Source of the DNA: Paraspadella gotoi
Lineage: Eukaryota; Animalia; Chaetognatha
Direction: 5' to 3'
Assembly (NCBI GenBank): GCA_051294375.1
Contig: CM119270.1
Location: 5,619,452-5,683,451, forward strand
DNA length: 64,000 bases
The notes beneath the pieces were generated by a model. It ran no database searches, was not told where the DNA came from, and worked only from the letters and a program-made list of their open reading frames with translations. Made by a program: the position numbers and the translations under genes. Shown one piece after another: positions 47,983 through 61,464 of the stretch (positions within the stretch are counted from its first letter, which is position 1; each line of letters starts with the position of its first letter).

Positions 47983-48516
47983 CAAGCGGGTTAGACGTTA
48001 GTGAGATGGATTCGTGATTGCACAAAGTCTCTTGCAAAACGATGTACTACGGAAGATTCAGGCGTAAGAGATGAATATCTGCGCCAAGATTCATCGCGTG
48101 AAGTTGGAATCATTCACGCTCGATCGATTTTCCGCTGGGTGATTCATAATTGTAACTTAAATTATCTCGGCTCTTAGCTCTATGGAGCTGAGTAAAATGG
48201 TGTAGTAAAAGCATAAGTAAAATTGATAAGTTAAAGTCGAGGTGGTAAGTAAAAATGTCAAATTTAAGTGCACAGTAAAAGTGGTAAGTTCATGGAAGGA
48301 GGAGAATTGAAAAAAAAAAAAAAAAACTTGCGCGAACTGGATCAGAATGAAAAACGAGACAAGAGTTCCGACTCGAGCGAAGACCGATCTTTTTTTTTTC
48401 GGCTTACTTAGAAAATGTGTGAGGAGAAGCGGGAGACTTCCGATAAAAGTCAGTGCATCCTCTCGCACAAAAATCACTGAGGGAATAAAGATTCCCAGCC
48501 AAAGGAACGCGACCTC

Positions 48517-48985
48517 CGACCGACCGCGACCGACCGACCGACCCCGACCGACCGACCGACCGACCGACCGACGACGACCGACCGAACCGACCGACGACAC
48601 CGATACCCGCGACGCCGTACCGAGCGACGATACGACCACACACCGACGAGCCGACCGACACCAGCGACCGACGACCACCCACCCACCCCACCCTCCGAAT
48701 AACCGACCGAACCACCTCCAGCCGAGTACCGATCCCGACTGACCCCAGCCGCCCGACGCGAACGCGCCGATTTCTCGTGCCGACCCCGATAACGAAACGA
48801 CGACGACCGATACCGATCGACGCGACGATCCGACGGATCCGACACCTGTCTCCGAATACCCCCGACTCGATAACGCATCCGATCGACCGACGATCCGACT
48901 CGATACGACAACGAACGAACGAACGACACGACCACGACGAACGACCGACCAGACCTAAACCGACCACCGAGCCGACCGGCCGAGC
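48517..48985. repeat. Degenerate (CCGA/CGA)n simple repeat
   Basis: Noisy ACCG/CGAC runs; irregularity suggests low-quality consensus. Confidence 0.8.
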
Positions 48986-51900
48986 CGGACCTTGTTTCCC
49001 GCATATAATTTTTTGTCCATAGAAACTCACGAACTTCGCGTTTCTCCCGAGTCTCTCACTCGCCCACCAATCGTGATCTTCGCAGTCTTTCCGACTTCAG
49101 CTCAGCCACCCTTCTTGGCTTTTCTATTCATAATTCCATCGGCCTCTTCCTTGGGCATTTCCTATCACATTCACTACAGTGCTCTTCCAGAGATTCGTGG
49201 GTACGGCGAGATCCGGCAAAGCCGAAAGCCGAACACTGTACTTGGAAGCGGCCGATTTTAGAAGAACCCCGAAACGGAGCCGATAGAAAAACTTGCAGAT
49301 AGGGACTGGAACCGAGAAGCTATAATAACCTGGTGCTCTCGTCCTTCACTGTCATCTTGTTTACTTACTTCGAGCCTTAAGACCATCTGAAAGGTATTTT
49401 CTATATGTATTCATCTTGCAACCCTGCCCATGGCGCCTTCCTTGAATTTTACCTCTACTTTGATATCAATTTGTTTTCAACATATTACAGAATTGCTTTG
49501 CTCCTAATTTTTATATACTCCTCACCTTCTATTATTTCCTTATTCTCTTCTTTTATTTTTTCTGCTCTTCTTTTATTCTCTCCTTCCTCTTGTGATCCGA
49601 GAATCTATCTGAAAAAATTCACATATTTATTTTTTTAACTTATTCTTTTTTAATATATTGAAATAAAATCTGAGCTGAAACACAGATTTTTTCTATCTGA
49701 AAAAAAACTGTATTAAGTTAAATTAAAATTAAATTAAACCTTTTTTAATTCTAATAAAACTAAAATTTTATTCTCTTGTATTACTTTTTTTAAATCTAAC
49801 GTCCTACTTTTTTTAAATCGCATAACGTTTTTCATGTACACAACAGTTTGAACCAAAAGGATATGATCTGTCTTTAATTCGGCAATAATTGCATAATATT
49901 AATGCTTATAAATACTTAATCTCCTAACACACACACTCTCCTCTATCTTCTTTCTTTTTTCGCCCTCTTGTACTGAACAAAAGAAGCAAATAAAAAAAAA
50001 TATATATAAATAACATTAAATCGAAATTATTAATAAACATGTTCTGAGCAACACACATGCTGGTATCTGCCCCACGATCATTAGCATAATTAATTAATTA
50101 TCAATTGAAAAAAAAGATTATTTACATTATTACATATTGATTATATAAAAAAAATAATATCGAAACATTTGGCCGCAGAGCTCAACTGATTTGAGCAAAG
50201 ACGACAATGAACGACGCAATACAATGACGAAAACGACGACGAAGTCTGTCGTACTTTGTGACCGTATCCAGTTAGCTGGTCAATAGACAATGACCCTGCT
50301 CTTAACCCCCAATCTTTTATGGCTGACCTTTTTCTCAGCCAATGTCCAATACTAGTGTTGTTATTATTTTTATATCATTTGCCTTTTTTTACTGTTTTTG
50401 TACAATACCAGTTTTTTTATGCACAAAAAACAACGCCCCTAGAATTCTTTCTTATAATTTCTTGTTTTGAGATTCAAGCCAGACATTATAGAAAAAATTT
50501 CCAATTAATTTTAATTAAAATAATTAACTGATGGCGACACGACACATCAAATACAACAACGACGATGACAAATTGATTGATTGCTGTATTTTTTGCATTG
50601 CATTTGAACATTGCACATATTGCGATTAATTGATATGCATAATTTAATTTATCTTGATCTGGTTCTGGGCCATTGTTAGCTCAAATTGTTTGTTTTTTTA
50701 TTCTTTTCATTATGACAAAAATGACAGACCATGATGAGATCGATATGATGACAACGAGGATAAACCACCGTCAATCGATTAATGAAATGATATGGCATTG
50801 ATCAAATAAAAGAATTCATATCAGCGCTGTTAATTACTAGCGTCTTTTTGTAAGCGTCCACTGAACCAGGAACAACAACAACAACAGCAACAACAACGAG
50901 TTGGAGGATGAATAATGATAACACTGATATTGATTTAATTGGATTGATTAAATTGATTGATTAATTAATTAGGTTTTTTAAATATTTATTGATAAATAAA
51001 TTTTATTATAACTTTGGTCTTATTGATGAAATATAATTGAGTTAATATAACTTTGATTGACTTTGATTCATTAATTTTTTAAGTGATTTTGATTGATTAG
51101 CTTATTTAGTTAATTGATTGATTGATCAAATTAATCTGATTAATTGATATTAATGCAGCTTATGTATTATACATTTTAATAAAAAAAAAAACAAATAGGG
51201 CAATAGGTTTTTGTTTATATATTCATGTAAACTCATTCTCCACTTGGAACGATTCTTACAAATCTTAGCAATTTTTAGGACTGTAAAAATCTTCACTTGT
51301 TATTTCGTGTGAACAAAAAAAGATTATTTAAAATTATCCTCCTAACCAATGAATTACGATGTCTAAAGAGAGCTATTCTTTATAATAATTAAACAAATCT
51401 GTTCAATATGTAAATTTTTAAGGAAGGGAAGCGACTGTGGCACTCGAAACCGAAAGGCGATCCGGGCTAAAAAAGCTAGGATTGCACCGAAAACGGGACG
51501 CGGAGGGGTCTTGAAGCGACCGGATTGGCAGCGGCGCGAAAAATCGATCGCTTCCACATCTCTGACTCTCTTCCCCCCACGCACTCCCCTATTTTATCCC
51601 TTGCAGCCCTCACTTTTGCTCCCAACATCACAGAGCTCGCAGCCCCATCATTGGGCTTTGACCTCATGTTTCCCTCAAGCTCCCCGTATAAAATCTCGTG
51701 CAGCCCACCAGGGCTCGGCCTTTACATCCCACGTAACCCCCCTAGAGCTCCCCTCTTACATCCCTAGCCGACTCCCCATTCGGGCTTCCCGTATTACATC
51801 CCCTGCCGTGACATTCACGCTTCTCACCGAGGAGTCTTCGTGACATTTCCCTTGAGGGACGAGGGGGCGCCGCGCTCTGGTTCGCGGGAGAGAATTGGGG

Positions 51901-52933
51901 GGGGAGGTGAGACGGTGCAGGGGTGAGGTGCAAAACGAAATAATGGGGTAGCGAAGACGCTGAAGTTGTGAAAGAGAATGAAATAGAAGTGAGAATGAAT
52001 CAGAATGCTGAGGAGTTGAGTGAAAGAAGCCTAAATGTTAGATGGACAGGAAGTGCGTACAAAAGAAATACAATTAAAGGAAAGATGAAGAAAAAATAGA
52101 GAATAAGTACACAGATTAAGAAATTTTAAAGAATATGGAAAGAGGAAAATATAATATGTTTTAATTACGTATAATGATCTAGATTACATCTTCATATTGT
52201 GCTTCATCAGAGCTTTCGTCTGAAATATTGATTTTTGATATTTGTTGCACATTACCATTTGTAAATTGTATGTTTGCATGATTCAACAAACAAACGGATC
52301 AAGAGTTCGAGTAAACTTTATATATGCTTTCGATTAGGTCAGATCGAAGGATTTTTAAACTGAATTTTGTTAACTTTTGCTTGCTATGATCTGACGCAAA
52401 TTAAACTTCATTATTATTTCATAAAAGACCTCTGATAGAAAGAATAAAGCTAGTAGGAAAATTATTTGCCAACCTTTTCAATTTAAAAAATGGCGCCTTT
52501 GGCTTCACACTCTTCCACAACCCTTAGAGGTAAAACGCCAATCTCCCCCAACAGCGACCCTCCCTCCACACCCCAAATCTTTCGCTTAACATATTCGAGG
52601 AGTGATTGACCTTTCACTCCGGCGACCGTCTTCCGCCACAGTCTGCCTTGCGGGGTGTCACATGCTGGTCCAGAGATCGTTGGCGCCATCTCGATCCGAC
52701 TCTTGATTAATGAAGGATTTTTTTTTTCCGAGGCGGGCGAAGACCAGGGTTCGGTCGGGCAGAGAGCTCTTTAATGAATGAGGCATGCCCGATGTCCGAG
52801 TCGCGGTCGACCCTCTTTTTATGGCGTTTTGTATGAGTGCACCCATTAGGTAATGGGGGCAGACCAGAAAAAGAACTTTTAGGTTCTTTCCGAATTAGGA
52901 AGTTTATAAGTATTTAACTCTTTTATTTATTTA

Positions 52934-52970
<37 letters not shown>

Positions 52971-53250
52971 GATCTATAAAGAGCGTAAATCATGAAACGT
53001 CGAAATTTATTTCTATAACTTTTAAAATTATAATTCATTTTACATTTAAATTCATTTTCTTTAAATAATTAGTTATTACCAAGCATTTTGCTCTCGTTTT
53101 TCAATTTTCGGGAGGCAATATTTATTTTTAGATTTTCGCCGATAAAATTTCCATCCTTCATTTCCTTATTGTTCCATTAAAAAACCCCACGTGTCCCACA
53201 TTTCATATTCGTCTGCTTCTTTCTTCTTTCTCTTCTTCATACACTTGGTC

Positions 53251-53480
53251 TCTCCCTCTTCTTCTTCCACCTCCTCCTCCTCCTCCCGCCTCGAGTTTTC
53301 CCTCAAACGATACCCAAACTCCTTCGTCGAACGAACTGAGACGAGAGAATCTGCAGCTGAAGCAGCAAGTGCGCAGCTGCGGAGGATGACGCACGCGGCG
53401 GCCGGCTGCGGCGGCTGCGAGCTGCGGGGAAATGGGACGAGATACATGGCTGGGGGTGAGTTGAAGTTGGAAAGGGGGTG

Positions 53481-53548
<68 letters not shown>

Positions 53549-54165
53549 AGGACTGCAATGGGAATACTTCTTTGGGATATAAGAAGAGGAAGCTTTCTAT
53601 CACGTTATTTAAATTGAGTCCTGACAAATCATAGTTTAACGCGTCTTAAAATAACCAAGTAAGATACTGTTTTCTCCGTCTTTAATTCTCTCACGTTAAC
53701 CGAATGGAGTTTGCCTTCCCCCCCAAAAGTTAAAAGTATTCGCGCTTTGAAAATTTCCACTCGAGGGAAAAATTTAAAGCGGTTTCTACCGTTTAGAGTT
53801 GCACCGCTTTAAAGAGGTTTCCCGTGCTTTTAGCATTCCTTTATTTCGGTTTTACCGTTTTCGCGTTTCATTGTTTGACTTTCAGCGTTTTTACTGTTTT
53901 CGCACCTTTGCGAATTTAGGATTGAGCTATTTTTGCTGTTGGAGATTACGATTGGGCGGCATGATAGCCCTATTTGGTTTGAATATTGTGTTTTCTCTTT
54001 TATTTCGTTGCATTTGGAATAAGAACGCACAATTTTGATAGCTTACAAAGAACATATTTACTTTTTTAAAAAAAACGGATATGTTTCGATTTTACAAGTC
54101 TTTACAAATTTCATTTTTCTCTGGTAAATATTTGCAATAAAGTCGTAACATGTCTTTTTATATTT
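53251..54165 (+). repeat. Direct repeat copy 1 (~0.9 kb) holding a helical-peptide exon ending at 53455 plus downstream intron
   Basis: Near-identical to 60026-60940 apart from small indels; ends at the 25-N gap; exon reads ..AQLRRMTHAAAGCGGCELRGNGTRYMAG G|GTGAGT. Confidence 0.9.
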
Positions 54166-55578
54166 NNNNNNNNNNNNNNNNNNNNNNNNNCAAAGAGCCC
54201 GAAAACATGTCCCCAATGTAATAAAAGAAAAATCGTTGGTTTTCAAAAACAAAACAAACTTTGTTTCTCTAAATACATAAACACAACGAAAAGAAAGGAA
54301 ATAACATAATATTTAATAAGTAAAAAATAATTAATAATTAAAAAATTTTAATAATAAAAATGAATTTAATTTCAGTAAAAAATTTTTTTTGAAAAATCAG
54401 GAAAATTGTCAAGTGACCTCGACAATTTTGGCGCGCGAACCGATTTCCGTTGGCCGTCAGCAATCGACAGGATGATCCCGCCACCATCACAATTTGCGAC
54501 GGACGGCATCGTCACCGATGAGGATTTCAGTCTTAAGGCCATCGATCTCACAAACGTTCGGATGACGTGCGCGAGCGTATTCCGCTCTGAGCTTCGTGAC
54601 AATGCATTCGCCTGGCATTGTCGACCGGCAAACAAGTAGAAACTCTAAAAAATGATAAAATACGACTAAGGTAAATGGAAAAAGAGTGAAGGGAGAAGCA
54701 AGAACACATTCGTCATGTTTCAACTTTATTGAAGAAGGAAAATTGGATTGTGAACAGTTTGTAAAGTAAAGTTATTGTGATTATTCAAATTGTGAGTGAA
54801 TTTAAACAGATTATTAAAGTATTATGTCTCAAAAATTATAACATTTCTTAATACCTTTTAATGTATCTATTTGTATTAAAGGGTTCATCGGCTGAGATTT
54901 ATCGCTGTAAACACCGGGCCTCGCAAACTGCTTGGACGTGATGCCTGTGGTCGTTGTTTGCATTGATCCACACCAACGAACTCCCCTTCGTCATCTTGCA
55001 TAGCTAAAGAAGCGGCTAAACATCTGGGCAAGTGATGATGAGAGCAGATTAACTCGCCACGTTCCTTCTGAACTCTCCTCCAAACTTCGATTCTGAAACC
55101 ATTTACGTCATGGGATGATTTAATTTTTACTGAGGTTTTTTTTTAAAGATAACATTTAGTATTCAGGAAATCGAAAAAATATTTTAAATGGTTTCCTCTT
55201 TCATTCCGAAGTTTTAATTTGTTCATACACAGTTCTGTTGAAGGAATGATTAAGGGAAATGTCAGCTGCATGTAATTCTGACTAATTCTTGTGAGCGGAT
55301 TTGATTTCGCCGCGACAGCCAGAATTAAGTCTTCGTGCTCTTCTTCCATGCATTGAAACAAAGAAAGGATTTTTAACTTTGTTCTCAAATTTAATTTCAT
55401 GATCTATCGAGATAGAAAAATTTTAAATACATTTTGTAGTAATATTGTTTAAGTTTTCTTAGTCAGATCAGTTTAGGAAATTTATTTGGCCATTTTTGGT
55501 CACGTTGGCCGTAAACAACCAATGAAAAAGGCATGTAATTCCAAAATAATAAAATTACATAAAAAACGATTTGGCTAA

Positions 55579-55754
55579 TTTTACTTTCCGCCGACAGCCG
55601 GTTTTTTGGCGGTTTTTTGAAAAAACTATTTTAAAAATATTTATTTTTTAAAAAAAATATAAAAAATATTATTTAATTATTTTTAATTTAAACCCTCTTA
55701 ACCCTAAAATCACCTTTAAACTAACCCTAAACCCCCGCGTCGGTGAAAGTAAAA
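55579..55754. mobile_element. Small element with short inverted repeats and a TAACCC-like core
   Basis: TTTTACTTTCCGCCGAC (55579-55595) pairs with GTCGGTGAAAGTAAAA (55739-55754); TAACCCTAAA-type repeats inside; related end GTCGGCGAAAGTAAAAGTAACC after TAACCC repeats at 42036-42057. Confidence 0.55.
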
Positions 55755-58700
55755 AAAGGTAACCCAACGATTTTATCGTATTTTTTACAAAATTTTGCAT
55801 TAGGAATATTTGTTTTATACCCCTTGAATGCTACAAAGTAGAATATTCAGTATTCGAGAATCAAACTTTCTTTCCAAAACTGTATTTATTTTTGATCAAT
55901 TTTTTTACGTTTATTTAATTTGTTTATTTCGCATTTCTGCACCATGGTCGGCCTTGACCTTCAATGGCAGGGCGCCTTTTTGGACTGGAGTCTCCGCATT
56001 GTTTCTTTTGCGTCGACGTCCGTCTCGCTAAAGGGAACATTGTCGAGAGGGTGTTACCTTCATGGGCTGGCGGGGAGGGTCGTGGGGGCTTGGTCCGTGC
56101 GGCGGGAAAGTCGGCCCGTTCCAGCTCTCTCGCATACACGATAAACTAACTTGACCTTATTCATATTCTCGATTTTTTGCCTTTTTTCAAAGTATCGTAT
56201 TTTAGAATTTTTGTTTATGTAAAGGGAATTTAGGTCACGCGCCATCGAATGCTCGATGCATCGTCTATGGCTGAACGTAAATTTTACATTCGACATTGTT
56301 TTGTGTTTATTGCTCTGTTAACATCCGGTTTCAGCGACGATGAACATGACTTCGGTTCGTAGTGGACGCTTGGATCGTTGACGACGATTACGGGCTGAGG
56401 GCTACGAATTTCGAAAGTTGCGTTTGATCGTGCTGGGTCTTGGTGCGGCGGGTGCATTTTCTTGAAAATAATTATTGATATAATACTTATGTTTTTCTTA
56501 ATATTTTTTTAGTTTTAATTAAATATTTATTTAATTAGAGGTAATATTGTTATTTTGTGTGCTTTGGTTTTTCTTGCAGGTTTAACCTCAATTTTCAACC
56601 GATCGTTACGCTTCGATTCATCTTCCGGAATTAAAGTGGTTAAATTTCCCATCATTTGCCTTTTTTCCTCAGATTCTCGCGACTTTACGCCGAGAGAAAT
56701 TTTGCGTTTTCCCTCGTTTCCCCAAGCCATTAACACAAACATTAACTACGTTTAGTACTCCCTTTGTATTTTTTGGGAACCTTTTTTTTCGAAAATTTTT
56801 TTTTTCTTTTTTGTACGAAACAGGTTCGCTTCCTCTTCCGTTCCGTGCGGGGGTACGGGCAAATTTTTTATCGATAAGAATATTTCAGTAAATTTTTTTT
56901 AGAAAAAAAATATTTTTTAAAATACTTTGTTTCGTTTTTAGAAAAAATTAAATTTTTTCGATTTTATTTTTAGTATTTAGGTTTTCTAACCCACTAAATT
57001 TCAAAAGTTTTTATTTTTAGGTTTCTTTTCAGATTCGTTTTCGTAGGGATGTTTGAGGAAAAAGGTGGAAAGTTTGACGTCAAGGTTTCAAGGTCTCTTG
57101 GTTCAAGCGAGAGGAGGACAAAACAACCAAACGCTCGCCAAGCGTGGTTTCTTCCCGACCAGAACAAGACGGAAGAACGAAAACCACTCTTTCGGAGCAG
57201 GTGTTGCACACACTCATCCCACTGCTTAGGAACGGCCCCGATCTGTCCACATTTTTTGTACTTTACTTTCAGCATTTGTTCATTTTTTTCCGATAGCCCT
57301 ACCGGGAGAAGAGACGGCAATCGGATAGAGTAGGAAGTAAATATAAGATTTATCTCTCTTTGATTGTTTATATTTTACATAGTTTGCCTACACATTTTTT
57401 TCCGCTTTTGATTAAAAGTTTTTTGCCTAAACTTCAGAAAGTCTCTAGACGGACGGAGCTTTGGTTGAGATGCATGCTAATATAACAACTTTAGGCTTTT
57501 GGCAGTGACGGTTCAACCCTGTTCATGGCACTGTTCTCCCTGCGCGCCGCCAGGGCGGACGGTTCTCTCTTGTACGTAAATTGGCCGGTTCCAGCAAAGA
57601 ATTGGTAATTCGGTAATACGGTAACGAAAGGTTTAATTTGATCTGCACTTACCTTTCTTTCTCTTCTAGACGGGCAAGGACCTTACCGATGCAACCTCCT
57701 TTTTAGTACTTACCCGAACCTTCGGTTACAATTCAATTTCTTTGGCAGGTCAATTGATCGTAATTGTTTGGTATTGTACGTCTCATTTTTTGTGGTCTTC
57801 TCCCTATAAACCAATCAAGGCTTTAGCAAAGGGAGCACTGGGTAGGGAGCCAGCGACGAGGAAGGTCTATTAACCATGTTATATTGCTATTGGCTTGCTT
57901 CTTTGCTAGAGGGTTTGGTAGGCCCATTGGCTCGCCCCTATCCCGTTGTCTTCTAGTTTTACCCTTGCCGTATTTAATCTCGTTTATATGCGCAGACGGA
58001 TGCTTTAAAGCAAGGTTAAACAATTAAAGTAACTTCCCTTCAGGTCCGCATTTTAGTATTGCTTTTGTATTTATTAGAGTTACACCGATTTTTATGGTTT
58101 TCTTCAATGTTTCGACGGTACTTTAGTATGTGATAGGAATTGATTTCAGGTTCTTTTAGTTTATAGTCTAATATTTTTTCTTTTGCCAACCTACTACGAC
58201 ATCAAGGTAGATAAGGATTTAATTAATATTTGTTTATACAGTGTATATTTCAACTAGAAGATTCTTCACAATTAACTTAAGAAGAATTCGACGGCGAAAG
58301 CTTTAGTACAACTTTGATTCTCGTTACTTAAACTTTACTATTTCTTTCCCGTAAGGCCTCAGAATATAATGTTTTTTTCGTTTCGTAGTACGGTTGTGCG
58401 TCTTCTTTAATATTTTGTTAGGTAAGGAGCGGACGTTTCTACTGTTGAAGGATGAACTGGGGAGTATGCCTGATAGTGCTGACGCGTGACGTAATCGAAT
58501 ACCACACGCTCCAACCACCCAATATGGTGTCGATCCTTTATAGCGGGCTACCTGCGGTCCAGGAGAAAAATTTTGTAATTTTTTTAGATTTCTGTTGTTA
58601 TCTCGTCTCAGGTTGTTCGTTATGATTATGGAAAGGCACCTTTTTGGCCTCGCCAGTGCCGTCTGAACGGTCAAGGGATTGATTATTCGTTCTTAGCCCG

Positions 58701-59539
58701 GTTCAGATATTAACTTCGAGAATCCATTTCCGATGTCCATGCGGAGGGGCCGACAGTTGCATTCTGGGTTAAGTGTCATATCGTTTTACCCAATGATCGA
58801 CAAGTCCTGTGCTTCGATAGATTCGTCCTCGTTCCTTTCGGGCCTGAACATCGGGACGTCAATCTACCGAAGACTTTGTCGTCAGCATTCTCCAGGGCGT
58901 CTGGACCGGCCGCCATCGTGCGGTCTTCTGCGCCATTTTATACTCCGATTTCATTTCGGTCTTCATATGCGCAGAATTATTAAGTCCAGTCATTAGAATT
59001 CAAAGACGCCACTTCCCGAACTTAGTTTCAATACAATTTTGTTTTTTTATAAAAAGTTTGAATTTTTTTCTCTTAACCTTGATCTGCGAATTCAATTATA
59101 ATCTAAACTTCGTTTAACGAATATTAGTGCACTTCATACTTCGTCCCCAATGTCATCATCGCAACGACTAATCTTTATTTATTTATGAGGACCCGAACGC
59201 GCCATTTTTAGTCCTTTACGCCTTCTTCTGGCTCGGATCGTTCGCAGGTTAAAATACAAGAACTACGAAGCGAGCGCTAGTTCAAAACGTTATTAGTGTA
59301 GAACAACAAAAAAATTTTTTTCGATCGCGGAATCTGTTTTTGCGAAGAGGTATGGAAAAAAATGGCGGGTTTTTGCCTCGCCCATTTCTTAAACGCGTTC
59401 GGGACGATTGACTTTGAAATTCTGCAACAGAATTTGCGCAATATTTGACATTCATTTCCTATCGATCCGAATATTAAATATATAGCGATGACTGCCACAA
59501 ACGGCGGAATACTACCACATCTGAGCATATCTAGTTCAA

Positions 59540-59995
59540 AACTAAACAGGAAAAAAACTATTAAAACAATGAGAGAGACAGAAATGGACAAATTATTCTA
59601 GAACCCCATGGCGTTCTTCCCGGCGCATTGGAAAGCGGACCTCTCTGGAAAAGCCTGACCATAAGTTCTGCGTCAAGCTACGGACTAAATACAACCTGAC
59701 CAAAAGGGTTCGAAGAGCAAAAAACGAGGCGGCAGCACGCTAACGGTACAGCAGACGGGCAAACGTCCAGGGAGACATTGGGAAAAGTTGAGGGAAAAAT
59801 AGACACATACCGGGAAGATGACGAGTGATCTGAGAAATGAGGATGCGGAGTAGCGCGAAAAAGCAAACGGGCAAAACAAACGTTCCGTTGTTTGCAATTT
59901 CTGGGGGAGAACAAGAAATTTATTAATTGGATTTCGTTCTTTTTTTTTTTCCTTTTCAGTTCACTCCTGCTATCTCTCCTCTCCTTCCTCTTTCC
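59540..59995 (+). repeat. Inverted-repeat arm (partner ~61840-61465) holding intron sequence, splice acceptor TTTTCAG and exon start TTCACTCCTGCTATCTCTCC
   Basis: For example GGGGAGAACAAGAAATTTATTAATTGGATTTCGTTC (+, ~59904) is the reverse complement of GAACGAAATCCAATTAATAAATTTCTTGTTCTCCCC (~61517). Confidence 0.88.
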
Positions 59996-60025
59996 CCTCT
60001 CTCCTCTCCCTTCCTCTCCATCTCT

Positions 60026-60940
60026 TCTCCCATCTTCTTCTCCACCTCCTCCTCCTCCTCCCGCCTCGAGTCTTTCCCTCAAACGATCACCAAACTCCTT
60101 CGTCGAACGAACTGAGACGAGAGAATCTGCAGCTTGAAGCAGCAAGTGCGCAGCTGCGGAGGATGACGCACGCGGCGGCCGGCTGCGGCGGCTGGAGCTG
60201 CGGGAAATGGGACGAGATACATGGCTGGGGGTGAGTTGAAGTTGGAAAGGGGGTGGAGAGAGAGAGAGAGAGGAAGAGAGGAGAGGAGAGAGAGAGAGAG
60301 AGAGACGTGAGAGAGAGAGAGAGAGGACTGCAATGGGAATACTTCTTTGGGATATAAGAAGAGGAAGCTTTCTATCACGTTATTTAAATTGAGTCCTGAC
60401 AAATCATAGTTTAACGCGTCTTAAAAATAACCAAGTAAGATACTGTTTTCTCCGTCTTTAATTCTCTCACGTTAACCGAATGGAGTTGCTTCGCCCCCAA
60501 AAGTTAAAAGTATTCGCGCTTTGAAAATTTCCACTCGAGGGAAAAATTTAAAGCGGTTCTACCGGTTTAGAGTTGCACGCTTAAAGAGGTTTCCCGTTTT
60601 TAGCATTCCTTTATTTCGGTTTACCGTTTTCGCGTTTCATTGTTTGACTTTCAGCGTTTTACTGTTTTCGCACCTTTGCGAATTTAGGATTGAAGCTATT
60701 TTTGCTGTTGGAGATTACGATTGGGCGGCATGATAGCCCTATTTGGTTTTGAATATTGTGTTTTCTCTTTTATTTCGTTGCATTTGGAATAAGAAACGCA
60801 CAATTTTGATAGCTTACAAAGAACATATTTACTTTTTTAAAAAAAACGGATATGTTTCGATTTTACAAGTCTTTTACAAATCTTCATTTTTCTCTGGTAA
60901 AATATTTGCAATGAAAGTCGTAACATGTCTTTTTATATTT
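60026..60940 (+). repeat. Direct repeat copy 2 (~0.9 kb); exon donor GT at 60231
   Basis: Matches 53251-54165. Confidence 0.9.
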
Positions 60941-61464
60941 TAAATAAAAAATCGTTTCTTTGTAAACAATTATTCATTTTTCAGTATTTCGCTTTCGGCG
61001 AGATTTTACCACGCTCATCTTGTCTGTCGACGATGCTTAAAGTTAAAACGTATAGTCGCGATCGGAACGTCTTCCATACATTAATTTCCATTTCCATTTT
61101 ATGTCTCATTTGTTGATCTTTTTACCGATTCATCCACCGCCCTGAACCAATTTTTCTTTTGAAAAAGATTCTGCCTTTAAAAGTTTTTCAGGCGGAAAAA
61201 ATCGAACCTTTTTCTTTTCTGTTTTCTTTTTTTTTATGTCGGAAGAAAGAGGAAGATAGAGATTTAGGGAGAGATGAAGAGAGGCGACAGTTCGGGGGAG
61301 GTGAGGTGGGGAGAGGGGGCAGGTTTTCGCTTTGTCCTTTTAAGGATACATTGAGTAGACTTACAGGACCGTGGAGGAGGGATGAAAACGACGACGCGCG
61401 CGACGACGGGCGGACGGAAACGGCGAAGACAAGAGATTGGAGAGGAGGAGGAGGAGGAGGAGGA

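Noticed and set aside
48157-49030. Overlapping R/P/T/D- and V/G/R/S-rich ORFs
   Set aside because: Arise from the degenerate (CCGA)n repeat.
53251-60940. LTR retrotransposon (0.9-kb direct repeats around ~5.9 kb)
   Set aside because: No TG...CA ends, TSD, PBS/PPT or gag/pol motifs seen; the repeats contain a host-like exon and intron.
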